From IMG/VR virus record IMGVR_UViG_3300024262_000030, positions 1 through 62,683 of that record: a DNA stretch of 62,683 bases. One strand, written 5' to 3'. A program made the translations under genes and the position numbers. Under the pieces are notes generated by a model. The model did not search any database. It was not told where the DNA came from and was given only the letters and a program-made list of their open reading frames with translations. Positions 7,213 to 16,769 of the stretch are shown here, piece after piece (positions within the stretch are counted from its first letter, which is position 1; each line of letters opens with the position of its first letter). The stretch is from a virus. Lineage: Duplodnaviria > Caudoviricetes.

Positions 7213-7763
7213 GAATATTTTTAGATTTAGATGATACGCTTATTTACAGCGTATACAGAAAACACAAAAAAGGGTATACGTCAGCAAAATTTGCTGGTGA
7301 TGGATTATACTCTAGTATACTACGTCCGATTGCACATGAAATGATTTCGTTTGCAAAAAGTATAGATCCTGATGCTAGTATATTATCCACCGCTACAATG
7401 GATTGGATTCAACATTGGAATAAAGAATTCAATCTTGGGTTTTCTGATGATCAAATGTATGCTCGTGATGATTTTACAGCCAATATGATTACCGGTCCAT
7501 ATACAACTGGGACTGTAGGTTGGAATAAAAAAACGTTAGGTATAACTGATGGGGTGATCATTGATAATTATAGCATCCATGATAGATTCAATCCATCACC
7601 ACATCAAAAAATGTGTTTTATGTTTGGTGAAGATTATGATCCTAACGACTGGATTCAATTTAGAACGTTTGATGGTAGAATTGATACGGATTCAAACACC
7701 GCCGACAAAAAACAATTTGAAGAAATAAAAGAAAAAATTCAAAAAAGACTTGACAAATCGTAA
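7209..7763 (+). CDS. HAD-superfamily phosphatase
   Basis: FLDLDDTL motif I, LRP, ST motif II, IIDN. Confidence 0.75.
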   Translation: MRIFLDLDDTLIYSVYRKHKKGYTSAKFAGDGLYSSILRPIAHEMISFAKSIDPDASILSTATMDWIQHWNKEFNLGFSDDQMYARDDFTANMITGPYTTGTVGWNKKTLGITDGVIIDNYSIHDRFNPSPHQKMCFMFGEDYDPNDWIQFRTFDGRIDTDSNTADKKQFEEIKEKIQKRLDKS

Positions 7764-7787
7764 ATAATATGGTTTAATGTAGTCATG
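7750..7787 (+). promoter_or_regulatory. Promoter of the DUF2828 unit, near-identical to the prkA promoter
   Basis: TTGACA-17-TTTAAT with extended TG; matches 51211-51248. Confidence 0.7.
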
Positions 7788-7884
7788 TTAAACAAAAAAG
7801 TTTTTAAAAAAACTAAAAATTTGATTGTTTGACACACGGTAAACATATATATGATTACCACTACTAATTTCGTTCTTTGTTAAA

Positions 7885-7929
7885 ACGATTCTAACAGCAT
7901 TCAAATATTGGATATAAAAATGAATCGTG
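7885..7929 (+). ncRNA. CAGCA-stem element C in the DUF2828 leader
   Basis: ACGATTC/GAATCGT stem, taaCAGCA, 3' G. Confidence 0.6.
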
Positions 7930-7937
7930 AAAATTTA

Positions 7938-8040
7938 AAGATGCACTCAGCAATATGAAACTATAAATAAATGGGGTACCCGATCCTCGTCATTGTGACA
8001 CTAAAATCGGCAGAATAAAACTGTAAATTGATGCATCTTG
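7938..8040 (+). ncRNA. CAGCA-stem element D in the DUF2828 leader
   Basis: AAGATGCA/TGCATCTT stem, ctCAGCAA, internal CCGAT/ATCGG and GTCA/TGAC stems, 3' G. Confidence 0.65.
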
Positions 8041-8089
8041 AAAGCTTTCGCTTAACAAAAAACCAACACAAAGAAAAGGAAAAAATATC

Positions 8090-9544
8090 ATGAGTAAGTT
8101 ACTAAATTCATTACAAAATACACCAACAGGTTACACTGAAAATGGTGCTTTAACATTTGACTCAAGCAATTCAGAAGTACTGAATTTCTTCTCACTTGGG
8201 GGTGCTCTTAGAACAAGAGACGAATCGGACATTCTCCGTTTATTCAAGAACGCATTTGCAGAAGATGCTTTGCTTGCAGTAAAGACTTTATTTTATCTTC
8301 GTGATATCCGTGGCGGACAGGGGGAACGTAGAACTTTCCGTATCTGTTACAAGTGGTTAGCAGACAACCATTCAGGTATCGCAATGAAGAACTTTGATAA
8401 TGTTGCATTGGTGGGTCGTTACGACGACTTGTTTTCAGCATTTGACACTTCACTTGAAGGTGCTTTAACAGCATACTTGAAGGCTCAGTTAGACTGTGAT
8501 GCTTCAACTGCTGATGATAGTATCTCTTTGCTTGCAAAGTGGTTGCCATCTATCAACACATCTTCAAAGTCAACCGTTCGTTTGGCAAAGAAGCTTTGTC
8601 AGTCATGGGGTTACACTCATCGTCAGTACAGACAGACTTTGTCAAGACTTCGTAAGAAGTTGGCAATCGTTGAGCAGAATATGTGTGCTCGTGAGTTTGA
8701 AGCTATAGATTACTCCAAGGTTCCATCCCGTGCATCCTTGATCTACAGAAATGCTTTCGGAAATCGTGATGGTAACAGATATCAGAAGTTCTTAGATTCG
8801 GTTGAATCAGGTGAAGCTAAGATCAACGCGGGAACATTGTTTCCAGTTGATTTGGTTGCCAAGGTCATGTCAAATTATTCACGAACTGTGGATCGTACGG
8901 TTGAAGCTCAATGGAAGGCACTTCCAAACTATTTGGAAAATAACCCACACAACGGAATCGTTGTTGCTGATGTATCTGGATCTATGAATGGTAAGCCAAT
9001 TGAAGTATGTTTGTCACTGGCAATCTACTTTGCTGAAAGAAACACCGGCGCATTCAAGGATCACTTCATCACCTTCTCGGAAAATCCAAAGTTACAAAAG
9101 TTGAGGGGAACTTCATTGATGGACAAGGTAGAAAACCTCAGCCGTGCTGAGTGGGGTATGAGTACAAATCTACAATCTGTATTTGACTTGTTATTGACAG
9201 CTGCAACTCGTGATGGGTTGAGTCAAGAAGATATGCCTGACACAATTTACATCATCTCTGACATGGAATTTAACCAGGCATGTAGATCAAACTCTGAAAC
9301 TAATTTTCAGGCTGCACAACGTAAGTTTGAGGCAGTTGGATTGAAACTTCCATCCGTGTGCTTCTGGAACGTAAATGCACGTAACAATCAGTCGCCGGTT
9401 ACGAAGGATGAAAGAGGAACAATGCTTGTTTCAGGATACTCACCAAGTATCTTGAAGAGTGCTGTGACTGATACAGTTGTGACTCCATATGAAATGATGA
9501 TGAACGTCATCGGTTCTGAAAGATACGATTCAATTGAAATTTAA
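8090..9544 (+). CDS. DUF2828 family TROVE-like/vWA protein (Ro60-like architecture)
   Basis: [42 protein letters not shown]; AAGGA SD. Confidence 0.9.
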   Translation: MSKLLNSLQNTPTGYTENGALTFDSSNSEVLNFFSLGGALRTRDESDILRLFKNAFAEDALLAVKTLFYLRDIRGGQGERRTFRICYKWLADNHSGIAMKNFDNVALVGRYDDLFSAFDTSLEGALTAYLKAQLDCDASTADDSISLLAKWLPSINTSSKSTVRLAKKLCQSWGYTHRQYRQTLSRLRKKLAIVEQNMCAREFEAIDYSKVPSRASLIYRNAFGNRDGNRYQKFLDSVESGEAKINAGTLFPVDLVAKVMSNYSRTVDRTVEAQWKALPNYLENNPHNGIVVADVSGSMNGKPIEVCLSLAIYFAERNTGAFKDHFITFSENPKLQKLRGTSLMDKVENLSRAEWGMSTNLQSVFDLLLTAATRDGLSQEDMPDTIYIISDMEFNQACRSNSETNFQAAQRKFEAVGLKLPSVCFWNVNARNNQSPVTKDERGTMLVSGYSPSILKSAVTDTVVTPYEMMMNVIGSERYDSIEI

Positions 9545-9570
9545 CTTGATATACATAGTATAAACTACGA

Positions 9571-9605
9571 AAAGCCCGCCATTATCGAAATATGCGGGCT
9601 TTTTT
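9571..9605 (+). terminator. Intrinsic terminator
   Basis: AAAGCCCGC..GCGGGCTTTTTT. Confidence 0.8.
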
Positions 9606-10351
9606 GTGTCCGCTGATATTTATATATATGAAACGTCAATGTCCTGATTGTTTTTCTGAATTTGTCTATAAAGATGCATATAAATTTAAGTTGGCATGTG
9701 AATTAAATAAACCATGTCAGAAATGTGCGTGTAAAAGAAGACGAAAATATCCAGAAACCAAAGTTAGAAATTGTCCTAGTTGTGGGCGAATTTTAGAATA
9801 CCCAACGGTCAATGATAGAAACAATGCTGAATACAGAAATCGCAGATGTTTATACTGTTCAAATTCAGGAGAAAATAATCCGATGTCAGGAAAAAATCAT
9901 TCCGATGATACGCGAATCAGAATAAAAAATTCCAACATTAAGACTTTTCGTTCTCGTAAAATAATAGGTCATAACCATGGAGTGAATGTAGAAGCATGCA
10001 AAATATTAGATGATATAGCAAAAGAACGTGGTTGGAATTTGAAACATGCACTCAATGGCGGCGAATATCAAATTTTAAATTATTTTGTCGATGGATTTGA
10101 TGAGAAACTTAACATTGTATTAGAATATGATGAACCACGTCATTACTCAAGGGGAGAATTGAAGATTGACGATTTGAAAAGAATGAATGAGATTATTAAA
10201 TTTCAGAAATGTAGCTTTTTTAGATATAATGAAAAGACAGGTGAAATGAAACGATATTTTTAATTATGCTTGATTTACAACAATATTCCTGTATATTTGA
10301 ATTCTATACATATAATCCGTTTTGGCTTTTTTGTGTCCGCTGATATTTATA
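9597..10351. repeat. 28-bp direct repeat (9597-9624, 10324-10351) flanking an endonuclease gene
   Basis: GGCTTTTTTGTGTCCGCTGATATTTATA occurs twice. Confidence 0.9.
9628..10263 (+). CDS. Putative homing endonuclease (Zn ribbons, NUMOD3, Vsr/DUF559-like nuclease)
   Basis: CxxC repeats, GENNPMSGKNHS, YFVDGFD..VLEYDE..H. Confidence 0.8.
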   Translation: MKRQCPDCFSEFVYKDAYKFKLACELNKPCQKCACKRRRKYPETKVRNCPSCGRILEYPTVNDRNNAEYRNRRCLYCSNSGENNPMSGKNHSDDTRIRIKNSNIKTFRSRKIIGHNHGVNVEACKILDDIAKERGWNLKHALNGGEYQILNYFVDGFDEKLNIVLEYDEPRHYSRGELKIDDLKRMNEIIKFQKCSFFRYNEKTGEMKRYF

Positions 10352-10355
10352 GGAA

Positions 10356-11522
10356 ATGAAAAAAATTGAACTTAAAAAAATTATAAAAGAGGCGATTCAC
10401 GAAATACTAACAACCGAATCGGATGAAAAATTTTCAACTTGGGATTTGGATGATTTTGTTCAAGACCAAATAAATGAGGCGGATTTTGATGATGCGAAAA
10501 CATCAAAGGCGAATTATGCAAAATATGTTGATGCCCGTTTGAATCCTGAGAAGGAAAGCGGAAAAGCTTCTGCTGCAAAGTTGGGTAGATTGATGCACAA
10601 AAGTAATATTATGGACGAAAGTGGAAATGTTATTGATGAAAAACAATTGGCAAAAAAGATTATGGTTAGACCTGAAAGTATTATCGGTGCCAATGCAAAA
10701 TTGAAAAAATCAAACAATAATACATTCAAATTTTTTGACACTACATTACCAGCGTTTCAAGGGTTTTATGTTGATGAAACAACCGGAGAATTGAGAATAA
10801 TCAGAACATGTCCTGCTGCTGGTGCATGTGCCCTCTTCTGTTACGCAACGAAAGGTGGATATATTCAGTATAAACCCAGTTCAATTGGATCTAGTAGACT
10901 GGTTAATTTTTTAATCAATGACAAAACAGGTTTCCGAAATCAAATGATTAAAGAAATAAAAGCTGAAGCGGAAAAATTAAAACGAAAGAATATCACGGCA
11001 GTAATACGATGGCATGATAGTGGTGATTTCTTCTCAAGAGATTATCTTGATATGGCTTATGATATTGCAAAAAATACTCCAGAGGTAATTCATTATGCTT
11101 ATACAAAGGCATTGAGAATGGTGAAGGCATCAGGAAACAAACCAAAGAATTTTGTTTTCAATTTTTCTACAGGCGGTATACATGACAAGGAAATTGACAA
11201 ATCAAAAGATAAATTTTCAGAAGTTGTTCCAAAAGAAATGTTTATTGATTTATTTTCAACCGATGATTCCGGTAGACATAAAAAAACTAAAGACGGATTT
11301 AAAGTTTTCGTTGACGGTGGTAAACAAGAATTGAAACGTAGAATTGCACAAGGATATAAAATTCCAATTGAAAGCATTATTACTTGGTCGGAACTTATGA
11401 AAATGCCATATGACCCAACCAAAGATCAAAAAGCAAAATATAATGTATTGGTTTCTCCCGGGGATGGTGATAACGCTGCAATGAGAAAAGACGTTTTGGG
11501 TACATATTTACTCATTCATTGA
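10356..11522 (+). CDS. Gp88-like phage protein (Cys-cluster, radical-SAM-like)
   Basis: TCPAAGAC..FCYA, RWHDSGDFFS, YAYTK. Confidence 0.7.
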   Translation: MKKIELKKIIKEAIHEILTTESDEKFSTWDLDDFVQDQINEADFDDAKTSKANYAKYVDARLNPEKESGKASAAKLGRLMHKSNIMDESGNVIDEKQLAKKIMVRPESIIGANAKLKKSNNNTFKFFDTTLPAFQGFYVDETTGELRIIRTCPAAGACALFCYATKGGYIQYKPSSIGSSRLVNFLINDKTGFRNQMIKEIKAEAEKLKRKNITAVIRWHDSGDFFSRDYLDMAYDIAKNTPEVIHYAYTKALRMVKASGNKPKNFVFNFSTGGIHDKEIDKSKDKFSEVVPKEMFIDLFSTDDSGRHKKTKDGFKVFVDGGKQELKRRIAQGYKIPIESIITWSELMKMPYDPTKDQKAKYNVLVSPGDGDNAAMRKDVLGTYLLIH

Positions 11523-11533
11523 TATTTATACAC

Positions 11534-11941
11534 ATGAAGTTGACAATCAAAAAACTGAATGAGGTTTCCAGAAGTGAAAAAGATTTGGATGAAATAACAA
11601 ATTTTATCAAATTCTGTTCAAAAAAACTTGGATGTGAAGGTGACATTGAAGTAACTCTCGTTGGAAAAGGAAGCGGAGACCAAGGTATGAGTACAGGTGG
11701 ATTTGATGTATTCAGCAACAAAATTTTGGCTAGAGAATATGGTCGTAGTTTGGTTGATATTTTACGAAGTATCGCACATGAATTAGTACACTATCGTCAA
11801 AAAGAAAAAGGAAAGTTTAAACCAGGTGACGACATTCCAAACATCGGTGGTGAAATTGAAGATGAAGCAAATGCTATATGTGGACAGCTTGTAAAAATGT
11901 TTGTCAATGAAGAGGATAAAAAATATCTGTATACGTACTAA
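11534..11941 (+). CDS. HExxH zinc metalloprotease-like protein
   Basis: ILRSIAHELVHYRQ..EDEANA. Confidence 0.75.
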   Translation: MKLTIKKLNEVSRSEKDLDEITNFIKFCSKKLGCEGDIEVTLVGKGSGDQGMSTGGFDVFSNKILAREYGRSLVDILRSIAHELVHYRQKEKGKFKPGDDIPNIGGEIEDEANAICGQLVKMFVNEEDKKYLYTY

Positions 11942-11942
11942 A

Positions 11943-12593
11943 ATGAAACTTAAATATTTAATTTTAGAACGTCAATCGTTTTTACAATTTCCAAAATTAA
12001 ATTTGGGGCTTGGTAGAATTGATACACTTTCAAAACAAATGACAAAGACTGATGTAAAAATGCCCAAGAAGGATTCGTCAGTAAAACAAATCATTGACAA
12101 GAGATTTAATCATGCTGGTGCTGGCAAGGTGACGAATAAAACACACAAATCGGTAGGTGGAATGTTTGTTCACGATCCTGATGCTGGGGATTTTTCATTT
12201 GCAAATCGTGATGCAATGGCACATGAAGGTTTGCATCATGTATTACAGCAAATTGCAACCCAATACGGTGAAGATTATCGCTTGGCGTTGATCAAAAAAC
12301 TTGTGTCATTTATTCCAGGGGATGTTAAGAAGCAGATGTTTATTATGCTTAATGATTATGAATATGACATGGATGCCAATTTTATGGAGGAAATGCTTAC
12401 ATTTGCTTATGATATACTAACAAATAAAAAAGCTCGTTATTCATTTGTCAAATCATATTCCAGCGATGGAAATCCAACTGATGAAAGGTTAATTGATGCT
12501 TATGAAGCAAAAAAAGACTTGCTTAAGGCTTGGAATAAAATTATTTCATATTCCAAAAATCTTACACCAGAAAAATTAGAAAATTTGATTTGA
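11943..12593 (+). CDS. HExxH zincin-like protein
   Basis: AHEGLHH..EE. Confidence 0.6.
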   Translation: MKLKYLILERQSFLQFPKLNLGLGRIDTLSKQMTKTDVKMPKKDSSVKQIIDKRFNHAGAGKVTNKTHKSVGGMFVHDPDAGDFSFANRDAMAHEGLHHVLQQIATQYGEDYRLALIKKLVSFIPGDVKKQMFIMLNDYEYDMDANFMEEMLTFAYDILTNKKARYSFVKSYSSDGNPTDERLIDAYEAKKDLLKAWNKIISYSKNLTPEKLENLI

Positions 12594-12624
12594 CATTTTC
12601 CATTTGATGGTTTATGATGCCATC

Positions 12625-13770
12625 ATGGATATAGAGTTTTCAAAAGATCAAAAAAAGGCAGTTGATACAATTACGGATTGGTATACCAGCCACACGAGCC
12701 AATTGCCAGCATTCACCTTCGGAGGTGCGGCTGGAACTGGAAAATCAACATTAATTTCACATTTACATCAGGCATTACCATTTGCTAAAATATCGTATTG
12801 TGCATATACAGGCAAAGCGGCCACTGTATTACGACGGAAGTTGGCGGTACATGGAATAGGACATGAATCAATTTCAACGATTCACTCATTGATGTATACG
12901 CCACAATTGGATTCCGATGGAAATGTGGCAGGATGGAAACGAAACCCACATCTTGATGGGAACTTGATTGTGATTGATGAGGCTAGCATGGTTCCAAAAG
13001 AAATCTATGATGATCTACTTTCATATGACATACCGTTGTTGTTTGTAGGCGACCACTACCAACTTCCACCTGTATCACAATATGAGTTTAACTTGATGGA
13101 TGATCCATTTGTCAAATTGGATACTCCGCATAGATTTGCTGCTGACTCACCAATTGTCAAATTGGCAACTAAAGTGAGAAACGGAGAAAATATAAAATTC
13201 GGAGATCACGGTGATGGCGTTTCAAAAAGAACATTGAAGACAATCACACAAGATGAAATACAAAGATTTTTCCAAAGTGATGAACTGAAAAATGGTGACT
13301 CAATTATGCTTAGTGGCTTCAACAAGACCAGAGTGAAACTCAACAAACGTGTGAGAAAGCAATTTGGTTACTCTGGACTGATCAACAATGGTGAAAGAGT
13401 CGTGTGTTTGAGAAATAATAAAAAAACAAACATTCCACTTTTCAACGGTGCTTTGGGAACTGTGAAACATGTTGGAACTAAACACGACACAGCATGGAAA
13501 GGTGCCATTGAAATGGATGGATTTGATTCACCATTCCGTGGTGTAATTTATAATGACATTTTCAACACGGAGAAGCCGGATTTGTATGTTGGTCGTAGTC
13601 GTGATACTCAATGCTTTGATTATGGATATGCTTTGTCAGTTCATAAATCACAAGGAAGCAGCTGGAATCGTGTTTGTGTATTTGAGGAACAATGTGATTT
13701 GTTTGATAATCTGAGGTGGTTATATACAGCAGTAACAAGAGCGGAAAATGAATTGTTAATAATCAAATGA
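12625..13770 (+). CDS. dda: Dda/RecD-like SF1B DNA helicase
   Basis: GAAGTGKS, DEASMV, GDHYQLPPV, YALSVHKSQGS, YTAVTRA. Confidence 0.92.
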   Translation: MDIEFSKDQKKAVDTITDWYTSHTSQLPAFTFGGAAGTGKSTLISHLHQALPFAKISYCAYTGKAATVLRRKLAVHGIGHESISTIHSLMYTPQLDSDGNVAGWKRNPHLDGNLIVIDEASMVPKEIYDDLLSYDIPLLFVGDHYQLPPVSQYEFNLMDDPFVKLDTPHRFAADSPIVKLATKVRNGENIKFGDHGDGVSKRTLKTITQDEIQRFFQSDELKNGDSIMLSGFNKTRVKLNKRVRKQFGYSGLINNGERVVCLRNNKKTNIPLFNGALGTVKHVGTKHDTAWKGAIEMDGFDSPFRGVIYNDIFNTEKPDLYVGRSRDTQCFDYGYALSVHKSQGSSWNRVCVFEEQCDLFDNLRWLYTAVTRAENELLIIK

Positions 13771-13988
13771 TTAAGAAGATTTGTCAAAAATATTTTGGGT
13801 TATTTTTACCTAAATATCAATTATTTTATAGAGGGGAAACCCCTACGAATTATTATATTGAAGAAGGAACTGGAAAAATATTTTTCAAGAATGTATTACA
13901 TGGGATTGGGTATTTCAGAGCACCATGTGAAGCATCAGAATTCATCAAAATGAAAATAAATTCAGGAACACTTGAAATTAAGTCTTGA
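13767..13988 (+). CDS. Hypothetical protein
   Basis: ATGA overlap with helicase stop. Confidence 0.6.
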   Translation: MIKKICQKYFGLFLPKYQLFYRGETPTNYYIEEGTGKIFFKNVLHGIGYFRAPCEASEFIKMKINSGTLEIKS

Positions 13989-14111
13989 CTTTTTATATTT
14001 TACAGTTTATACTATATGTTATAATAATTTAAAACGGAACATTTTTTATGCTTTAAATCATATTTATAAACAGAATGAACAAATCATTCTGTGCGAAAGG
14101 AGAACAATACA

Positions 14112-14753
14112 ATGACTCAAGACATCATGAACAAACCGATTGTGTTACAACTTAATGCAAATTGGATGCCAATCGGAACAAAATCAGTTAAAGACGCAAT
14201 GATCGCAATGCTTTCAGATGGGGATCAGCCAGCTGCATTCGCTTTGGATATTGCTTACGAAAAGGGTGAAAATGGAGAATATGATTTTTCGGCTCCAACA
14301 TATATGAATCCTGTAAAATGGGATGACTGGAAAAATCTACCGATTCGTGAATATGATTTTGTGATTCATTCTGCTAGATTAGAAGTTAGAGCGCCAACCG
14401 TTCTTGTTGCTCCAAATTACAGACATATGCCTATGAGCAGACCTTCTCCAACTAAGTATAATGTATTTGAAAGAGACGGTGGAATTTGTCAGTATACTGG
14501 TAAACAACTTAACAAGACTCAAGGTAACATAGATCACGTACTTCCTAGATCACGTGGTGGTAAAAACACCTTTGAAAATATGGTATGGTGTGACAAGTCT
14601 ATTAATTCAAAAAAGGGTGACAAACTTCCACATGAAGTAGGATTGCAACTTAGAAAGAAGCCGAAAGCTCCTGCTGTTATGCCTATATCTGCAAAGTTCA
14701 GAGAAGCAAAACATCCAACTTGGATGCCATTCATCATCAAAAGCAACAAGTAA
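14112..14753 (+). CDS. HNH endonuclease (McrA-like)
   Basis: VLQLNA, RDGGICQYTG, IDHVLPRSRGG, N..K. Confidence 0.88.
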   Translation: MTQDIMNKPIVLQLNANWMPIGTKSVKDAMIAMLSDGDQPAAFALDIAYEKGENGEYDFSAPTYMNPVKWDDWKNLPIREYDFVIHSARLEVRAPTVLVAPNYRHMPMSRPSPTKYNVFERDGGICQYTGKQLNKTQGNIDHVLPRSRGGKNTFENMVWCDKSINSKKGDKLPHEVGLQLRKKPKAPAVMPISAKFREAKHPTWMPFIIKSNK

Positions 14754-14802
14754 GTTGATCTTTTTTCTTGACAGACGGTTATTACTATGATAATATGCCG
14801 TT

Positions 14803-15198
14803 ATGTCAAAAATAAGTTATTCAGCAGTAGTATTGGATGAAGAATCCGCTAACACTTTAAAGAGGGAGTACTCTAGTTATATTCCTGATGATTGGAAGTG
14901 GTTTGGTCATCACATGACGATTAAAATGGGAGAATTGTCTCCTGATATGAAACAGTATATTGGTCAAGAGATTGATTTGGTAGTGGATACCATTGGTCAA
15001 GATGAAAGAGCAATTGCAGCTGGAATCGGAGCTGGTGGGGATTTATCTAAAAATGAAATCCCACATATAACATTAGCGGTAAATATAAACGGTGGCGGAA
15101 AGCCATTTCACTCAAATAAAATCCCAAAAGAAAATTGGAAACCGGTTGGAAATCGTATTAGATTGACTGGTCATGTAACGGAGATCCCACAACAATGA
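14803..15198 (+). CDS. 2H phosphoesterase (tRNA-ligase cyclic phosphodiesterase-like)
   Basis: Two HxT motifs: HHMTI and PHITLA. Confidence 0.75.
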   Translation: MSKISYSAVVLDEESANTLKREYSSYIPDDWKWFGHHMTIKMGELSPDMKQYIGQEIDLVVDTIGQDERAIAAGIGAGGDLSKNEIPHITLAVNINGGGKPFHSNKIPKENWKPVGNRIRLTGHVTEIPQQ

Positions 15199-15392
15199 TA
15201 TACATAGATGTAAGATGTAAAGATTCTAAGGACATTTTCCCAAAAATGTTTCCAGTTGTACCAAGAAAAGGCGAAACAATCGTTTCAGTTGAAGATAACT
15301 TTTTTACCGTTTTGGATATAGTTTATAAATCAGACCTTTCTGGGAAAGCCCTAGTTATTTTGGTTGTAGAACGAAAAGTATCCGTATTGTGA
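15195..15392 (+). CDS. Hypothetical protein
   Basis: Translationally coupled ORF. Confidence 0.6.
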   Translation: MIYIDVRCKDSKDIFPKMFPVVPRKGETIVSVEDNFFTVLDIVYKSDLSGKALVILVVERKVSVL

Positions 15393-15802
15393 TAGAAGCA
15401 AGCATAATATTTTGTCTTGTTCTGCTTTTGGTATCATTTCAATTTATTGGGAAGATAGAGAATACAACTGATAACAATGAGAAACTTCTTGAAAAGTTGA
15501 AAAAGGATCGTGAAAACGATGTTGAAACCATAAACGCCAATTTGAAAAATCTTGAAAGATTGGTTGAACTGAATAACAGAAATATTTCAAATATTCAAAA
15601 ACAGACGGACCGAAACAAAAACTCACATACCGAAAAACGATCAACTTTATTGCCATCTGGATATTCAGAACGTTTGGAGTTGGATAAACTACTAAAACAA
15701 CAACGACAAATTGAAAATGGAATCAAAGTTGCTTCGGACAACTTGAGGAAGTTTCAAAGACAACTTGAATTGGAAAAAACCAAAGCAAAGAAAAATGGAT
15801 AA
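15389..15802 (+). CDS. Membrane-anchored coiled-coil protein
   Basis: N-terminal hydrophobic segment, heptad-rich remainder. Confidence 0.6.
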   Translation: MIEASIIFCLVLLLVSFQFIGKIENTTDNNEKLLEKLKKDRENDVETINANLKNLERLVELNNRNISNIQKQTDRNKNSHTEKRSTLLPSGYSERLELDKLLKQQRQIENGIKVASDNLRKFQRQLELEKTKAKKNG

Positions 15803-15965
15803 CTTTTTTGAAAAAAACACACTTATAACTCAGACTGAATCTGAAATTAAAAAAATTGAAAAGTTAATTGAGCTTACTAATGTTGAATGTATAATCTACA
15901 AACAACAATTGGCATTTTTGAAACTGCAATTGAAAGGCTTATATGTCGATACCACAAGAAACTGA
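15795..15965 (+). CDS. Hypothetical protein
   Basis: Tiled ORF. Confidence 0.5.
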   Translation: MDNFFEKNTLITQTESEIKKIEKLIELTNVECIIYKQQLAFLKLQLKGLYVDTTRN

Positions 15966-16248
15966 AAACAGTAGAACTCAAACTTTAAACGAGAGAGCAC
16001 AAGAGCTTCTCAAAAATGCAGAAACAACCGAATGGGTTATGTTATCTGCTGAAGAGTATCAAGAGAAATTTGAACTTTCCAATGCGGCCATGAGAGTTGT
16101 GGCGGCTATGGGATTCTGGGATCGTGTGAAGGGGTATAAAAAATTAGTGAAACAATATCTTACTCAACTTCAAGAGATTGAGGATACATTCAGAAAAAAA
16201 GAAAAAGAACTCAACAAGAAAATGAGAAAAAAGATGGATGTTGAATAA
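15943..16248 (+). CDS. Hypothetical protein
   Basis: Tiled ORF. Confidence 0.6.
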   Translation: MSIPQETENSRTQTLNERAQELLKNAETTEWVMLSAEEYQEKFELSNAAMRVVAAMGFWDRVKGYKKLVKQYLTQLQEIEDTFRKKEKELNKKMRKKMDVE

Positions 16249-16290
16249 TTTGTCTTGACTTTTTATAATATGTGATGTATATTGATTTAT

Positions 16291-16542
16291 ATGAAACAAT
16301 CAACAAAACAATTAATCGGAGCATTACTATTTGTCATCGGCATTCTCGGTGTATTATATATCGGAATTTATCTTGGGATAATCTCACCGATACTCACAGT
16401 CGCTGCCGCTTATGACGCTGGCACTTTAACTGGTACCATAGTCGCAACTCAACTCATTTGGTTTTTTGCCAAAGAAGTTTTAGCATGGATTTGGGCTATG
16501 TTAGTCTGTGGAACTGGAATGTATCTAATCAAAGACATATGA
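16291..16542 (+). CDS. Small membrane protein
   Basis: Two hydrophobic segments. Confidence 0.65.
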   Translation: MKQSTKQLIGALLFVIGILGVLYIGIYLGIISPILTVAAAYDAGTLTGTIVATQLIWFFAKEVLAWIWAMLVCGTGMYLIKDI

Positions 16543-16769
16543 AGAATTTAGATGCAGTAAAACAACAAGGAGATTTACCGCTTCCAAAATACAATATCGG
16601 TAATAAATTATTCAAGAGGAATATCGTCGGAAAAGTGGTAAATATAATAACGTCAATAAACTTTGACAGAGAAACACAAACAATTTCAAGCGTAGATTAC
16701 ACTTATTGCACAATAAGCACAGTAGGAATCCACGATTGGAAAGAAGATGAAGTAAAGGAATTAAAATGA
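16539..16769 (+). CDS. Hypothetical protein
   Basis: ATGA-coupled both sides. Confidence 0.6.
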   Translation: MKNLDAVKQQGDLPLPKYNIGNKLFKRNIVGKVVNIITSINFDRETQTISSVDYTYCTISTVGIHDWKEDEVKELK

